Both the position numbers and the translations under genes were made by a program. Positions 23,833 to 38,670 of a DNA stretch of 64,000 bases are shown in pieces. The stretch spans positions 1-64,000 of the forward strand of contig CT868035.1 of the NCBI GenBank assembly GCA_000165425.1, written 5' to 3'. Each line of letters opens with the position of its first letter. The stretch's first letter is position 1. The notes beneath the pieces are model-generated. The model made no database searches. It saw only the letters and a list, made by a program, of their open reading frames with translations, and was not told the origin of the DNA. This stretch comes from Paramecium tetraurelia (taxonomy: Eukaryota).

Positions 23833-26800
23833 TCAAGAGGACATGAGTAGTCCGACTACAATTGAGGTAAATCCAAGAATATAACCAGAATCTGTATTGG
23901 TCTCGTTACCAGTGCTTGAATTATTGTTATCAGTATTGTTTGGTTGGACGACAACTGTTCCACATTGAGTACATTTAGAGCTTGCTGGATTCCATGAGTA
24001 AAGATATGCTGTCAAAGTGTAGCAATCTCCTTCCTTTAATGTATCAGCAGTAGTAGCAGTGCAGACACCATTGACTGTTGAGCAAACGTTGTATTTCTTT
24101 TAATCCCAAGTGTAGAAGAATTTGCAACTTTAGACTTAAGCAGCATATGTAGCACAAGTGTGATCAACACAAAGTTTGGTTGTTGCGTTCATTTAGCATC
24201 TATCATTAGCTTATGTGCAAGCATTAGTATCACCTGCTGCTGAAGCGCAACTAGTCATCAAAGAGCATTTTCCAGTTGTGGTTCCTCCAGTGGTGGTTTC
24301 AGTCCAAACACAAATACCATCAGTTCCTTTGGAATTGCAAGCAGTCTTGGTAGCGTATGTTGAGCAGTTAGCTTTAGCAATACAAGCGGTTCCATTTGAA
24401 ACACAATTGGCAACTCCTTAACAAGCTTAGGTTGTTGTACCATTTGGAATATCTGAGCAGATCTTAGTTCTGCAACTTCCAGTAGCATCAGCTGCAACCC
24501 AGAAGCAAGCTCCTTCAGTACCACCAGCAACGTTGCAGGCTCCTTATGTTGTGTAACTATTACAAGCTCCCTTAACGAGACACTTGACTCCATCTGATGT
24601 GCATGTCTTCAATCTGGAAGAGCATTCTGATTCTGTAGTGAAGGTTAGATCTGAACATTATTAATCTTTGCATTATTTGCCAGTATCATCCCAAACGCAA
24701 ATACCAGTTGATGTAATACCTCCATTAGCATCTTTTTATGCTCCATCCTTGTTTCTGAAACATTAGTTTTGGGTATATGTTGAGCAAGCAGCCAATGAAA
24801 TACATCCAGTGACGTAATCAGATGTACAATTTGGATTAGCTGAAATACATTCATCATGAGTTAAGTAGAAAGCATCAGCACATGAGGAAAACTTCTTGCA
24901 AATAGTGTCAGTAGCTCCTTTAGCGGATACTGTTTAGATACATTATCCATCTGTTCCTGTCTTGCATCCTCCCTTAATGTTTGTGGCTGCACAACTTGTA
25001 ATTCCAACACATTCAGTTCCATCAGTTGTACAATTTGAAGAAATCAATTTGCAGTTGGGATCAGAGGTCCAATCTAAACTCTTGCATGATTCATAAGAGA
25101 AGCAAGCTCCAAGGGTAGAATCAGCATTCACATATTTAGCAATCCACAAGCAAGGACCATCGTTACCTTCAATGCAAGCAGATCTAACTTTAATATCTTA
25201 ACAATTAGTCATTTTAGCGCATTTTCCATTTAATCCTGCTGTGCAACCTGTTCTTTGTTTTTAGCAAGCAGCATGGGTTGTTCCAGCAAAATCTTTGCAT
25301 TCTTTTAATCTACAATTATTAGCCTCAGTGTCCCATTAACATTCATTCTTGTTACTGTCAGTAGTACAAGCAGCGGCAACATTAGCAGATGTGCATGCTC
25401 CCTTAAGTGTGCAACCTCCATCTTTCTTGGTGGTACATGTTCCAACTGAAGGTGTAAAATAGGCAGTACATTAAGCTTCAGTTGTCAATGATGTTGGGGC
25501 AGTTGTGCAACTCTTGTTTGTGCAATAGGCATCTTATCCGGTTGGAGTCATCCATTAGCATTGTCTAGTATTTGAATCTGTAACACATCCAGCTTCAGCT
25601 AAAGCTTAACTGCAGGTTCCTCTTTTAACGCAATTAACTCCATTTGATGTACAGGTGGAGAGTGCTGCTTTGCATAAGGCATCAGTTGTTAATGGGAAAT
25701 CTTCACATATTTTAGTCTTGCATTTAATGGCGTCAGTGGTGCAACCAGATAAATAAGTGTCACATTCTGATTCTGATCCAAAATTTGGTGAATTTTCACA
25801 TTTCTTTGTTATGCACTTGCTTTCAGTTGTATCCCAGTAGCATTTTCTCAATGATTTGTCAGCTGATCCTTCATAGCATTGATTTTATGTCATTCCTTCA
25901 CAGGCTTCGGGTATAGCAACGCAACCATTATCTGTTGCGTTAACAGTGCAATTAGCTAAGTAATCCTTACATAAAGTTGGAGTGTTCACAGTTTCTTAAG
26001 CTGTTAAGCAGCTCTTATTGGCACATACAGTTCCATTCCATCCACATAAAAGGTTCACACCTTTGTCATCCTTATCACTACTAACCTTACATTGTCCTTC
26101 ATTAGTGTATGAACTACATGTTTTATATGCAACGCATCCTTAAAGTGTTGGTGTTCCATTGACATCAACAACATTTACTGTGCATCCAGCGAGATATCCT
26201 CTACATCCTTCATGATCATTATAAGATGCAATTGGAGCAGTGGAACATGATATGTCAGCACAAGTAGCTGGATCAGTGTTGGTATTCCAAACACAACTCT
26301 CATCTTTTGCATTTTTCTTGCATTATTCTTCTATTGTATATGAACTACAAGCAGCCTATGGAATACAACCTTGGCCAATTGCCTTTTCTGCAGTTGCTTT
26401 GACTGTACATTTTCCAACATTTTAACATTTAGTATGAGTATCAAAACTTGATGATGCTTCAGCTGCAGCGCAACTTTTATCAACACATTTAGCTGCTGTA
26501 GGATTCCACAAACAATCACCTCCGCTAGCATTCTTAACGCAGGCACCCTAAACTGTATATGAAGCACAATTAGCTCTGAATTAACATCCTCCTGCTCTAA
26601 GAGCACAATTTGTTGAAACTGCTTAGCATCCAGCTAAAGTAGTAACAGTAGAGGCTGCTGAATCACAACTCTTTTAAACACATGATGTTCCAGAAACTAC
26701 ACATTCTCCTTCATTTTTTGCATAACCACACTCTGTAGTAGAATATAATCCGCAAGTATCCTATATGGTGATACAAGCAGTTTTGGCTGCATTAACTGAG

Positions 26801-29800
26801 CAAGTATTTAAGAACCCTATGCAAGCCTCATAAGTAAATGGACCAGTATAACTAGCACAAGTGGGAGCTGTAACAACGGGGGCAGTGATGGCTTCACATC
26901 CAGTTTTATCTGTTTTAACCTGGCAATCATATAATTTACAAATTGCATCGGTATATGAAATTGCTACTGCTCCTGTTTTAAAGAGTTTTACAGCGGGGCA
27001 AGGATCGGAAGCAGCACCATCATATACTTCACATGCAGCACCGGCAGAATTTACAGTACATTTCGTTTCCGTAACTCCTGAAAGACAACCTGTGAAAGGA
27101 GTTAAATAATCAGCGCAATCATCTTATTTCTCAATACAAGCAGTCAATTCCGAATTTACTGAACATGCATCACTACTAATTCCTTTACAATAAGCAGGAG
27201 TCAATCCTACACCAGTTATTGTACCACAGCCGGCTGTAACAATTACTGCTGCCCCAGTAGCATATTTGCAAGTAGTACCACTTAAATAGCATTTTCCTTC
27301 ATCTGAACCTGTACAATTAGCTGCCAAAGTAGCTGCACATGTAGCAACTGTCATCACACATCCGGTTCCATCTCTTTTGAGTGTACATTAAGGGTTATAT
27401 GCTTGACAAGTGTCATAATTGAATGGACCTGTGAAAGCTGCGCAGTTTGCAGTACATTTTGTTCCACTTGTCCATGTACAAGAAGCTTTCTTGCTCTTGC
27501 AAATTCCAGGACCAGTTCCAGCAATATCACTGCATTTAGTTGCATCTACTATTTTGGCACAAGCAGGTCCAGTTGTATTCCAATAACAAAATTTATCAGT
27601 ACTACCCCAAACACAATTTCCTTCTGTCTAACCTGCACAGCTTGCTGTTGCAGTAAGACAACCTGTGCCATCTACTTTCACAGAGCATGTTGCACTCAAA
27701 TATTAGCAATATTCTAGTGTAAATCCTGTTCCTGTAGCTAGGGTGCAGTCGATCGTTGCATTGGCGCATGCTCCACTACTCCATTCACATTATTACTTTC
27801 TGCCTATTGTATGTGCCACGCAAGCACCTTCATTCTTAATTTCTGCACAAGTAGCTTATTTCAAAGCACATTTTCTCTATGTTAATGTACATTTTTTTGA
27901 AAATGTTTAACATTCATCATCATTATCATAACTAACGGAATCTTCTGCATCTGCACAAGATTTATCTTTACAAGTACCACTAAAATTACATACATTTCCT
28001 GCTGTGTCTATTTTGCATTAGCCTTCGACAGTATATTTATCACATGCAACTATATCTTAGCATTTATTTAAAGCTGCATTTACTGTACATGTGCCAATCG
28101 CACCTTTACAGTCATCATGATTGTAAGCATCCAATGTGATATTTGCACAAGTCTTATCTCTACAAGATGCTGATTTTACATCCCAATAGCAATCCTTAGT
28201 TTAAGTATCACTAACTTAAATCAAACCTGACTATTTACAAGCAGCTTCAGCTAATCCACTGCAAGCTTTAGGTCTGGGAATACATTTATCTCCAGCTGTA
28301 TTAACGACACATTTCAAACTTTAATAACCCCAGCAACCACTTTAACTTACACCAGCTTTTAAAGAAACAAGATGTGCATTTTCACATTTAATATCAATGC
28401 AAACTGGAGAAGCAGCATCAGTTTAATCATCCCATTAACATTTTAATGGAGTAATAGATCTAGTTTATTCAATTTGGCAATTATCTTATAATTTTCTTGC
28501 ACCGCAAGTGGCAGGAAGATCAATACAACCCGCTCCATCATTATCAACAACACATCCTGATTTATAACCAGTACATCCAGCACTTGTAGTATAATCAGTA
28601 GATGAGGCAGTAGAACAAGATTAATCGACACAATTTTTTCCATTCAATCCACATTTTCCACCACCCTTTTTAATTTAGCAACCTTCTGTAGTGGTAATAG
28701 CTTCACATTTGATAGGTAAGTCCATACATCCTAAACCTGAATTATCTAAAGTACATGTAGATAGATATGAATTGCACTATGAATGGGTATTAAAGTCTTT
28801 GGATGCTAAGGAACATTACTTTTAATAGCATTTTCCTTTGAATACACAGGGTTTATTATTTAAATCAGTATTACAATTAGCCTCTTCTTAAACATTTTCG
28901 CATGTCTTCTCAACACAAGTTGAACCGCTACCTACAGTACATGTACCTAAAAAGGCATTGCATAATGAATGGTTGTTATTTGAGGTAGGTGAATTAGTGC
29001 AAATCTTAGTCCAACACTTTCCACTATCCCAGAAACAAGTTTTACCAGTACCATCTGTTTTACAGGCAGCTTCCAAATTTATTGCCTCACAAGTTGTATT
29101 AACTCTGCAACCTCCTCCATCTTAAGTCACACATTTTTAATTTGGTAGATAAGCTTCACATTATTCATTTGTTGTATTTGTTTTTGGAGCATTAGTGCAT
29201 GATCTATCTTAACATCCAGAAGTAGCACCAGCTTTTGCTGTGCATGTGGCCATAAATGTAGTACATTAGTCATGTCCAACATATTGACTACCAGCATTAT
29301 CACAGGTCTTGCTTTTACAAGCAGCTCCATCCCAATGGCAGAGAGCTCCAGTTAATGTTTTATCACAAGCATCCTTAATAGTTGCAGCACCACAACCAGT
29401 GTTATCTGTGCATCCACTTCCTGTGGTAATACATTTTTTCAAATAGGATTAGCAACTTGTATTAGTTTTGTTTGTGGCCAAAGCATTTGCACATGTTTTA
29501 TCAACACATGCTGTGCCATTCCAGAAGCACTCTTCATTCAAATTATTGGTAACACATGCTGCTTAAATTGCAGCTGAACCACAATTTGATCTTGTAACAC
29601 AACCCCCACCTTATTTTGTAGTACATGTTGAAATAAAGTCTTTGCAAGCTTAATCTGTAGCCAGTTCAGTTGGAGCATTATCACATGTCTTATCTATACA
29701 TTTTCCTTTACTCCAAAAGCATGCTACTCCTGATTTGTCCTTAACACAACCAATTTCAGCAACTTAATCTTCACATTTAGCTCCCAATTCAATGCAACCT

Positions 29801-30375
29801 CCTCCTTCTTTGGCTGTACATTTAGAAAGCTAAGCTCTGCAGGTAGCATCAGATACTAATGTAATTGGCAATTTAGGGCAGTCATCAGCATCTTCACATT
29901 TAGGATTAGCTGCATCTGCTGTGTTCCAGTAGCAATATCTTCCTAAGGTATTAACAACACATGATTTAGAGGTCTAATAGGTTGAACATGCTGCTTTTTC
30001 GACACATCTTACTCCATCTGTAATACATCTGGTTGAGACTGCTTAACATTTTGCATCATCATCATAGACAAATGGTGTGCATGCAGTGAAGTGAGTACAA
30101 ACCTTGCCATCCCATGCACAAGGGTTTTTCTTTGGACATTCTTCTGCTGTATTGAATTAATCACAGTAAGCAGCAAAAGTTGTTGTATCTGTTGGTGTTG
30201 TTGGTGTTTCAGTCACTGCACATGCTTTTTTTGTTTTATCCCATGTGCAACCAGTTCTTTTTGCACAATCTGTCTCTGTGAGCATTTATGTGCATGTACA
30301 AGTTGTAGCTATTGTAACTGTCTAGCAGTTTGTTAGTATTACTAACAATGCTATCAATAGAATAGTTTTATTCAT
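23833..30375 (-). CDS. Variable surface antigen (immobilization-antigen family), 2180 aa, intronless, probably GPI-anchored
   Basis: Signal peptide MNKTILLIALLVILTNC, periodic Cys-rich units, hydrophobic GPI-type tail SGYILGFTSIVVGLLMSS. 6543 nt; five Cys-rich ORF-track fragments checked along the gene share this frame. Confidence 0.95.
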
Positions 30376-31636
30376 TAAAGTATTAATATTTAAAAATTAT
30401 AAATAAAGGTATTTAAAATGCTTGAGTATTAATAATTTTAGAATTTCAAATAACATCATATTTTTAGATAAATAAATAATCAAAATTTATTCCAGAATAT
30501 AATCTTGAAAATTTGAAATTATTCTTTAAAATAGCGGAAGGCTAGACATAGCTAAGAATGAAATGAAGAAAAGAAGAGTTTGTCTCCCCAACGACAATTT
30601 GACATTGATAGTCCAGCTGTAGATGTGTCCAATCAAGAGTGTAAATATACTTCTTAAAACACATATAAACATTTGTATTTGAGATCATTATCACTTTTTG
30701 TTAATCTTATGACGATAGAATACTTATTAGAAGAGTTTTGATGGTAGAAAGTCTCAATTATTTTTATATCAAACAAAATTTTTATATTTAAGTTGCTTAC
30801 CTCATCAAGGTTATACTCTTCTGATAAAAATTCTTGATAGAAATGTTTTCGGCTGTCCCTTCTGAGGAATTTGATGAGATTATATATTCTTTTTAAATAC
30901 AATTATTTTTCCAAGGCTTTGACTTCACAGAAACCAAATTTGATGTCAAATTCGATAAAAAACAACTAGAACCATTTGCAACTCAGACTATTGCTGTTTG
31001 CTTATCGAAATGGATGCATTCTTAATAAAAGAGTATAAGAATGCTAAAGTACGAAAAAACACTGAAAAGAAACAAGTTAAGAAATGAAGAAATTAAGAAA
31101 ATAAGAAGTAAGAAAGGAAATTACATAAAGACCATCCTTAGTTTGATTATTGAAGTTCATGAGTTATATATGAAATTCAAGTCAAAAGTGTATTCATCTG
31201 AATAATTAATAATCTAGAATTCTAAAACCTTCCGAAAATCGTAGAATAGAAATTCCCTGCGTTATTACTCAAAGTTATTAAAAGCGTTTGAAGAAAAAGA
31301 AAGGACCACAAGTGTTCAATCTATAATAAATTTAGTAAAAAACGACATTTCCTTTATTAATTCAAATCGAATAATTAGTGGCAAAAATAACTCAAATTTT
31401 GGTCAGGGTAATAATTGGCTTTGGAAGAATATTTTGTTGCTACATTTCGTATTAGGTTGGTTAAAAGGAAATAGGTTAAATTAATTTAGAAATTCTTATT
31501 ACAAATACTTATTATATTAATTAATTAATTATAAAATTTATATACTGATTTTTTATATTAGGATATATTAATGAAAGAATATTTTTTGCTAAATATAAAC
31601 AGAAATATCTGTAATTCAAGTATTATTTATAAATAA

Positions 31637-34139
31637 ATGGATTAAGAAGTTCAAGTTAAGTATTTTAGGCTCCCCCAAAAGGAAGATGGTGAAAAAGGGT
31701 TGCTGATCTCCATTCTCGATTGTTCAGGATCAATGTCAAGCTGTATATTTAATCCAATATATTTTAGATTGGAAATATGTTTCCATTTATCATAATGAAT
31801 TGATACAAAAGGCATCCATGTCAATAGCCATTACTTTTGACACAGCCGTCAAAGTGTTGCAACCAAATGAAAATATCCATCCAAACATAAACTAATATGG
31901 TGGAGGAGGTACCAACATAACATGTGCATTTGTTGCCTTGAATTAAGAAATTAAAAAAAGAAATATCACAAGTGATTTAACAGTGGTCTTTGTATCTGAT
32001 GGGCAAGGAAGTTATGACGAGAAATAAATTAAGTAAGATATGCCTACGGTCTAAAATCTAAATTTCATCTGCATTGGAGTAGGAAATGGATTCCCAACGC
32101 ATATTTCAATGAGTCTTAGATCACTCTATCACACAGGTAACTTGTCAATACCTCCTGTGTTCATTGTCTCAGTCCAAGAATAATATGCATCCAAATCAAG
32201 AGAGGATTACTTGGATTCAATATTCAAAGAAGAATTTGAATCTGTCGGTGCTATATTAAAGCCAAGAAAGTAATGCTAGACTACTCCTTGCTTGTCCTTC
32301 CCTTGGAGTCAGGAGAAAACAACAATGGTTTGGTCTGGCAGTTGGGTTGGAAGCCATGACCATGAAATTATTTTCGATGGAGTTGTAGTCTAGGCCTCAA
32401 ATCCATCCGAGCCTATGATTTTAGAGTTGGCATCATATTGGTTATAGAACATTTAGTTGCTCTCATTGAAAGCAAAGGTAAGATAGGAAGCATAAGCCGC
32501 TCTTGCAGAATTAGAGAGATTATCAAATTAAATTCCAAAACTTTAAGGTTAGAAGAAATAAAAGACTTTTGCTTAGAGAGTGCAAGAATCATAAGGTAAG
32601 GATACAGGACTCTCAGATCTCGTTGCTGAATTGAAATTATTCACATAAGACTTCACATTAAATTAATTAAATGACAAGGATGCAGCTGACAGATTGAAGA
32701 TAGGAACTAAAGTAGGTAAATTTCACAATAAGGCTCTTAAATTTGCTGGATTATCATTAGAGGATTTTACTAAGGCCAAATAATAGTTCATTGAGTGTCT
32801 TAAGTAACATAAGTTCGATGGCAATGATGGAGATAGATCCATTATGACACTATAAAGTTAGAAGGAGATATTATAAGAAGAAGATCTAATCTATGGATTG
32901 GAAAACTGCACATCTCAATATTAATTGGTCACCGCATTCCCAATAATTGGTTATGGATTGTAGGTCAAAAGATCAAATGCAAGTATGATTGATCCATACA
33001 AAATTGAAATTGTCTCTGTAGTTAGGATCCACAAATTTTTAGATTCAGTTTCCTTAATCGAGCACCCTCAACATGAATTAAAGTTTTAAATTGGAAATGG
33101 AGAGGAGGAGATTGTAAATTGTATTCTCCCCTTGTACACAAAGAAGAATGAGGATCTTAAGCCATTCTTCAGATCTTTATTATTCCACACAATAATGACA
33201 TTCGTAGTGTGCGAGAACGCAGATGTGTGTTTTGATTATTCATATGCCGCCTTATTAGCTAATACTCTATTGTTTTTGATTAGGTAACCAAAGTCTGAAT
33301 GGACTAAGGAGATGATAAGTTTGATCAATGAATCCTATACTTTAGCCTATGGGTAAAAATATAAGGGGTACACAGAAAAGTTAATTAACAACCCAATCTA
33401 AACCTTGGTTGATGTTAATAAGGATTTCGATACTCAATGTTAAGATACAATCAAGGCAGTTCTTATTTTATCAGCTGAGAAGGATAAATTATAGTAGGAA
33501 TAGGTAAGAAATGTCCTTGATAGATTTGTGGTTGAAACTATCGGGAGAGTCTTGAAAGACATGGCTAGTAAGGATCACATCAACATCTTCTTCAATGTCG
33601 AGAATGAAGCTTAAGTAATTGGAGTATTGAGCGAGAAAATCATTAATGGATTTGACAATGAAAAATTGAAGGAATATAAAACTATGTCTGCAATTACTTC
33701 TTAAATATTCGTCGAGGTTGAAAAGATCTAGGTTGAGGATTTGTAATTGCAAATGGCATTCAAAAAGGATGAAGTAATTAAATTGTTATCCCACTCTAAA
33801 TACAAATATGAAAACTTATAAGGCATTTATGAGTACTTTATGCTTGAGGAAATCCCCTAAAATTTATTTATCGCAGCAGTATTCCATGCAAGATACCAAA
33901 GATCCATTGAGAGAGCAACCAATGAGTTCATTGCAGATCTTGATTAACTTAATAAGGAGATTTAATTTGTGAAGAAGAAGTCTGTCAAATTGGATGTGTT
34001 GGAGAAGTGTAAAGTAGAAATCAGAAGCCACGTTCAGAAGATGGGAATCAGCAATATGTTTGTGTAAAGAATGCCTGGATTTGGAATAAGCAGAAGAAGA
34101 AGAAGAAGACCTAATGTGAATAAGTTGTAGCAGAAATGA
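31637..34139 (+). CDS. vWA (MIDAS) domain protein, ~825 aa
   Basis: ILDCSGSM, GGGTNI, VVFVSDGQG. 25-nt intron 31743-31767. Arg-rich C-terminus, TGA 34137-34139. Confidence 0.85.
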
Positions 34140-34198
34140 TGAATTACAATTAATATAAATTTATTGATAAAATTAAATTATATATAGAATTCTACTTA

Positions 34199-35013
34199 AT
34201 GTTGCTTTGCCCCCCAAATTTATGTATAAGAAAATTTCAAAATAGGGCATTTTGAGAACCAGAAATCAATCAGTATCAAATATATCATATGCTAAAGCGC
34301 TATAATTGTGTTGATGACTTTACAATTCATATATTTGATACTCACATTCAACAACATAAATGAGATGAATAAAGAATAGAGTCTCGTTGATAATTTAGAT
34401 TGCATGGAGAAATATGGAATAGACATAAATAACATAAGAATCTATAATGTGCTCGTCTTTGAATGCTATATACCGGTACTTGCATATTTCATATTGTCTT
34501 TATTTTGCTGTCAACTATGCCATGTTGATAAGAAGTAAATAAATTCCATAACAATTAGACTTACAGGGTACAGAAATAGATTGATTAAGCAATCCTTTAA
34601 GTTAAGACTCATTATAAGGATAACTTTTGAATTGATAATTGCTATTATTCTAATGTTATAGTTTATAGAGGTAATAAATGTTAATTAATCCATTATCGAT
34701 GTTTGTTATTCCAATTAGTTGGTTTATCAATTTGATATGAAATTATTTTACCCATGCATCATAAATTTAATGGTATTTCTGCTTTTGGTTGCATTTGATA
34801 ACACCTGCTATTTCATAATTGTTTGCTACACCAATGACTTTTATTGGGGATGCTATCATGATGAGGAACTCCCTATTATAAGTGTTGTTGAGACATAATC
34901 GTTTAGTTTTGCAAAGAACAGTGTAGAAAGCTCAACTGATTAATAAAGTATTTAATTTAAGGATTAAATTAGAAAGTCAAGAGGAGAATCCCTCTCCTTA
35001 TTTTGGTATCTGA
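34199..35013 (+). CDS. Hypothetical multi-pass membrane protein
   Basis: ATG, a 22-nt intron and several hydrophobic segments. Exon structure only partly resolved. Confidence 0.5.
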
Positions 35014-35070
35014 AACAGAAGTGAAATATAATTAAATAAATTTACAATAAAATTAATAATAAATTAAGCT

Positions 35071-35349
35071 ATGGGGAACGATATACAGCGAGTATAACAA
35101 TTAGGGGATAGTATAAGATAATTGCGAGAAGATATGGATGCATTGTCCAAAATTACACCTTAAGTTGAAAAGATGGTTGCATTGGCAGGCACCTTAGAGT
35201 CTACAACTAAAAATGTAATTGAATCTTTTAAGTATAAGATTAATGAGAATATATCTAAAGTGAGCAAAACAGTTTCAGATGTTGAAGATAAGACAAAAAA
35301 AGTAAAGGAATTGGTGGATAAAGTACCTGCAGGCATGAAATTTTTTTGA
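35071..35349 (+). CDS. Small helical/coiled-coil hypothetical protein, 92 aa
   Basis: Intact ciliate-code ORF MGNDIQRVQQLGDSIRQLRED...VPAGMKFF-TGA. Confidence 0.7.
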
Positions 35350-35549
35350 GAATTAATAAATACATTTTATTTATTTATACATATATATGTATTAATTTAT
35401 TCAAAAAACTTGAATATTTTAATTTCTATTTAATCTTTAATAATAATATTATTAATGACATATTATAAAATAATTTGCAATTTGATTGGATGGAACTTGA
35501 ATCTTATCCCTGAATTTAAAAGATCCTTCCCTAATATTTATAATTAACA

Positions 35550-36108
35550 ATGAAATCAATTGCAACATTATTCATTACCATCGCAATAGCCTCATGTGTG
35601 TATACACCTGCTGAACGTCAATTCAATTAAGAAGCCCTGACTGGAGCCTATGCTTTTAATAAATTGTCTGAGCCATAACATATTTCAAATTGTGGAGATG
35701 ATGCTACTTAGATTGATCTTTTTAATTTTGTTGGCTATATGCTCCAAAAGGCTGACAAAGCAAGTGTGTCTTAATTATTGGGATTAAAGAAGGAAGTGGA
35801 TGACTACTTTAATGTATTGAACAATGTAATGATTTTAGGGACTTCCCGAAGAATACACAAATTGTTTGTATGCTGAGCCAGAATTTTTGGAGATTTGCAC
35901 TATATATGGATTGAAGGAGACAGACAAGATGGAATAGATTACCGATAAAATTTATCAATATGCGATGGGACACTTCATTGCCACTAAGAAGGAGATTCAT
36001 TAGGGTAATCTATATTGGAACACTTATCACGAATACAATGATGCCGGCTATCTAATTGCCAGTTTTACCAAGAAGGCCTTAGTAACAGGAGTCGAATATG
36101 TTGAATGA
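35550..36108 (+). CDS. Secreted hypothetical protein, ~177 aa
   Basis: Signal peptide MKSIATLFITIAIASC. One 25-nt intron restores the frame to TGA 36106-36108. Confidence 0.75.
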
Positions 36109-36138
36109 TTGTTTGAATAATAACATTATTTATGTATT

Positions 36139-36776
36139 TCATAATGTTTCAATTCTTGCTTCTGATACTTTGGCTTCTTTGCTGTCCCAACCACTGAATA
36201 AATAGGCTGCAAATCTGTAATTTTTGTTTGGGGGCAACTTAAAGGTTATGGATTTGTTGTTCTCTCCAGCTTTTCTGATAGAGAAGACATCCCCATTTCT
36301 AAGACATTCTATAATTTCCCCTTTATGCACTTCGATACCCAAAGATTTCTTATCGAGTGCTTCATCATTGGAGGCAGCAACCACTAAATGATAGATTGAG
36401 CAATATTACGTTTGTCCGAATAGACAATCCACATTCCATGATTCAATCCATAGTTACAGTTTCCGGAAAAGTCAGTTTCCTTGATGATATCGAAATCAAC
36501 AACTCCAATTCCTATGCTCTACGAAATAAATATAAATTTAACTGTTTAAATTGTGTCACAACAAATCTTGACTTTTAATATGTCTTATTCCTTGGCTACT
36601 TCATCCAGAAGAACAAGGCCTCCCTCCTCTTGTTCTTCGACGACAGCTAGATTGCCATGTACTTCAACATATTCGCTTTTGTATGTTGTGCTGAAGTTTC
36701 TTGCTTATGCCAAACTTCCAATTTATTGAAACTGTGGATCACCTATAACTGTGTTGCTGGTTTCGCAATTACCCAT
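36139..36776 (-). CDS. Hypothetical protein with possible SPRY-like beta domain and N-terminal MGNC acylation motif
   Basis: MGNCETS start; IGIGVVD and GEIIECLRNG...YRFAAYL segments; 24- and 26-nt introns. Confidence 0.6.
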
Positions 36777-37176
36777 TACTTTATTAAATAAATGATTGAA
36801 AATATTTTTCCATTTTATACACTAAATTGTTATTAAAGAATTAATCTTAGAATTCTTTAACAAAAAAATTAAATTGTAATCAATAATTAAAAATTAAGAA
36901 CCAACAACTAATTTTGTGAAACAAATACATATCGAAAATGACGATAATATGGGAGATTCCATTTTTAGAATCAGCCATATTATTCGGCAGTTTCTCGATG
37001 GGTATTAAATTACGATATTTTTGAGATTGAATGATGGGGGGGTGAATAGGAGAGTCATCTATGACGAATATTCATTTGATGATAAATATGGATAGATTTT
37101 TTTTATTATATATATGTATTCATTAATATAAGAATGATGTAATAGTTTATGTCAATATAATTTAAATAATATTTGT

Positions 37177-38607
37177 ATGTAGAAAATCATATTCTTAACC
37201 TTCATTACTTTGGGTTTATCCAGGTTGAGTTTCAAAGAAGGCTCTTACAATTACAGCGATATATTTCGAAGTGAAGGAGCATTTCCTTAGGGGACAAAAT
37301 GCAAAAAGGTTGATGCCAAGAAATTGGATCCTCTGTTTGATGATACTCAAGTGATATATTCCGGATATTTGAGTGTGTACGAGAACAGTAATGCAGCATT
37401 GGGATTTATATTTTACGGAAGTCAGAAAGCCAAAACAGAGGGTGAGCTCTAGAATTATCCCACTCTGATTTGGTTGAATGGTGGACCTGGATCATCTTCC
37501 CAATTAGGTAATTTTATGGAGTTGGGACCATTGTTGACATAGAGTGACGGTAGTTTCAAAAAGAACAAATACGCTTGGAATACAGAATACAATGTGATTT
37601 TCGTTGATCAACCCATTGGTACAGGTTTGGCTTATGTTGAGAAGCAATCTGAAGTACCTACAAATTAAAAATAAATTGGATAACAATTTTTGTACGCTTT
37701 GAATGAATTCTTATTCGGAGCAAAGGGTTGTGTGGAACAACAAAAAGTGAAAGGCTTGGCTTAATCACCTTGGTTTGTGTTTGGCGAGAGCTATGCTGGC
37801 AAGTATATATGAAGTTGACTTAGGTATGTTCCAACAATAGCGAAGGCCATCTTGGATTATAATGTTGCTGCACAGAAGAAGATTCCATTGAAGGGAGTGG
37901 GGATCGGAGATCCATTTACAGACCCATATGCTGTGATCGCAGAGTATGCTGCCTATTCCTTCAATTTGGGTTTGATTGACATTCAGGAGAGAATGCAAGT
38001 GGACTCGATATTGGCTTACGGGTTGACTGAGTTGAACAAGGGCAACACTTTGGCTGCAAGGGATGCTTTCGAGGAGTCTCTGGACATCATCATCACTCAA
38101 AGTGGAGATATGAATGTGTACAACGTTCTTCAGTATGGCAATTACGGGGAGACTGAGAAATGGGTGGAGGCCTATTTGAATAGAGTGGACATTGTGAATT
38201 AGTTCGGATTCAGTGAGGATTGGAAATACAAAATCAGTAATGCTGACGATGGTCCAGTGCAGAAGGCTTTGAAATATGACTTCATGTTGAGGGATGTCGT
38301 GTTGACAGTAGAGGAAGTGGTTAAGAAGATCCCATTTTTGATTTACAATGGACAGAATGATCTCATTTGCTCAACTCCAGGAACTCTGAGATGGGTGTAC
38401 GATTTGAAGTACGAGAAGATCGAGGAGTATCGTCAGAAGGACTTTGAGGTGTTGAAGATTACAGGGACTGAGAAGATCGTGGGATATCATAAAGAGGCTG
38501 GAAATTTGGAGTTGGTGTTGATTAACAATGCTGGACATCTGGTGCCTACTGACTAGCCTGAAGCATCGTTGTAGATGGTCACCACATTTGTTAATAAACA
38601 TAAATGA
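37177..38607 (+). CDS. Serine carboxypeptidase (S10)
   Basis: Signal peptide; WLNGGPGSSS, FVDQPIGTG, GESYAG, NGQNDLIC, NAGHLVP. One 21-nt intron. Confidence 0.95.
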
Positions 38608-38670
38608 AAATGAGATTTATATAATAACAATATTGGAGGAGATATTTATTATTATTATTAAAAAATACAA

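Noticed and set aside
24215..30336. Plus-strand and off-frame ORFs inside the surface antigen
   Set aside because: Shadow ORFs from biased codon usage of the real minus-strand gene.
30540..31480. Possible plus-strand gene upstream of the surface antigen
   Set aside because: Every frame hits TGA and no consistent intron model emerged.
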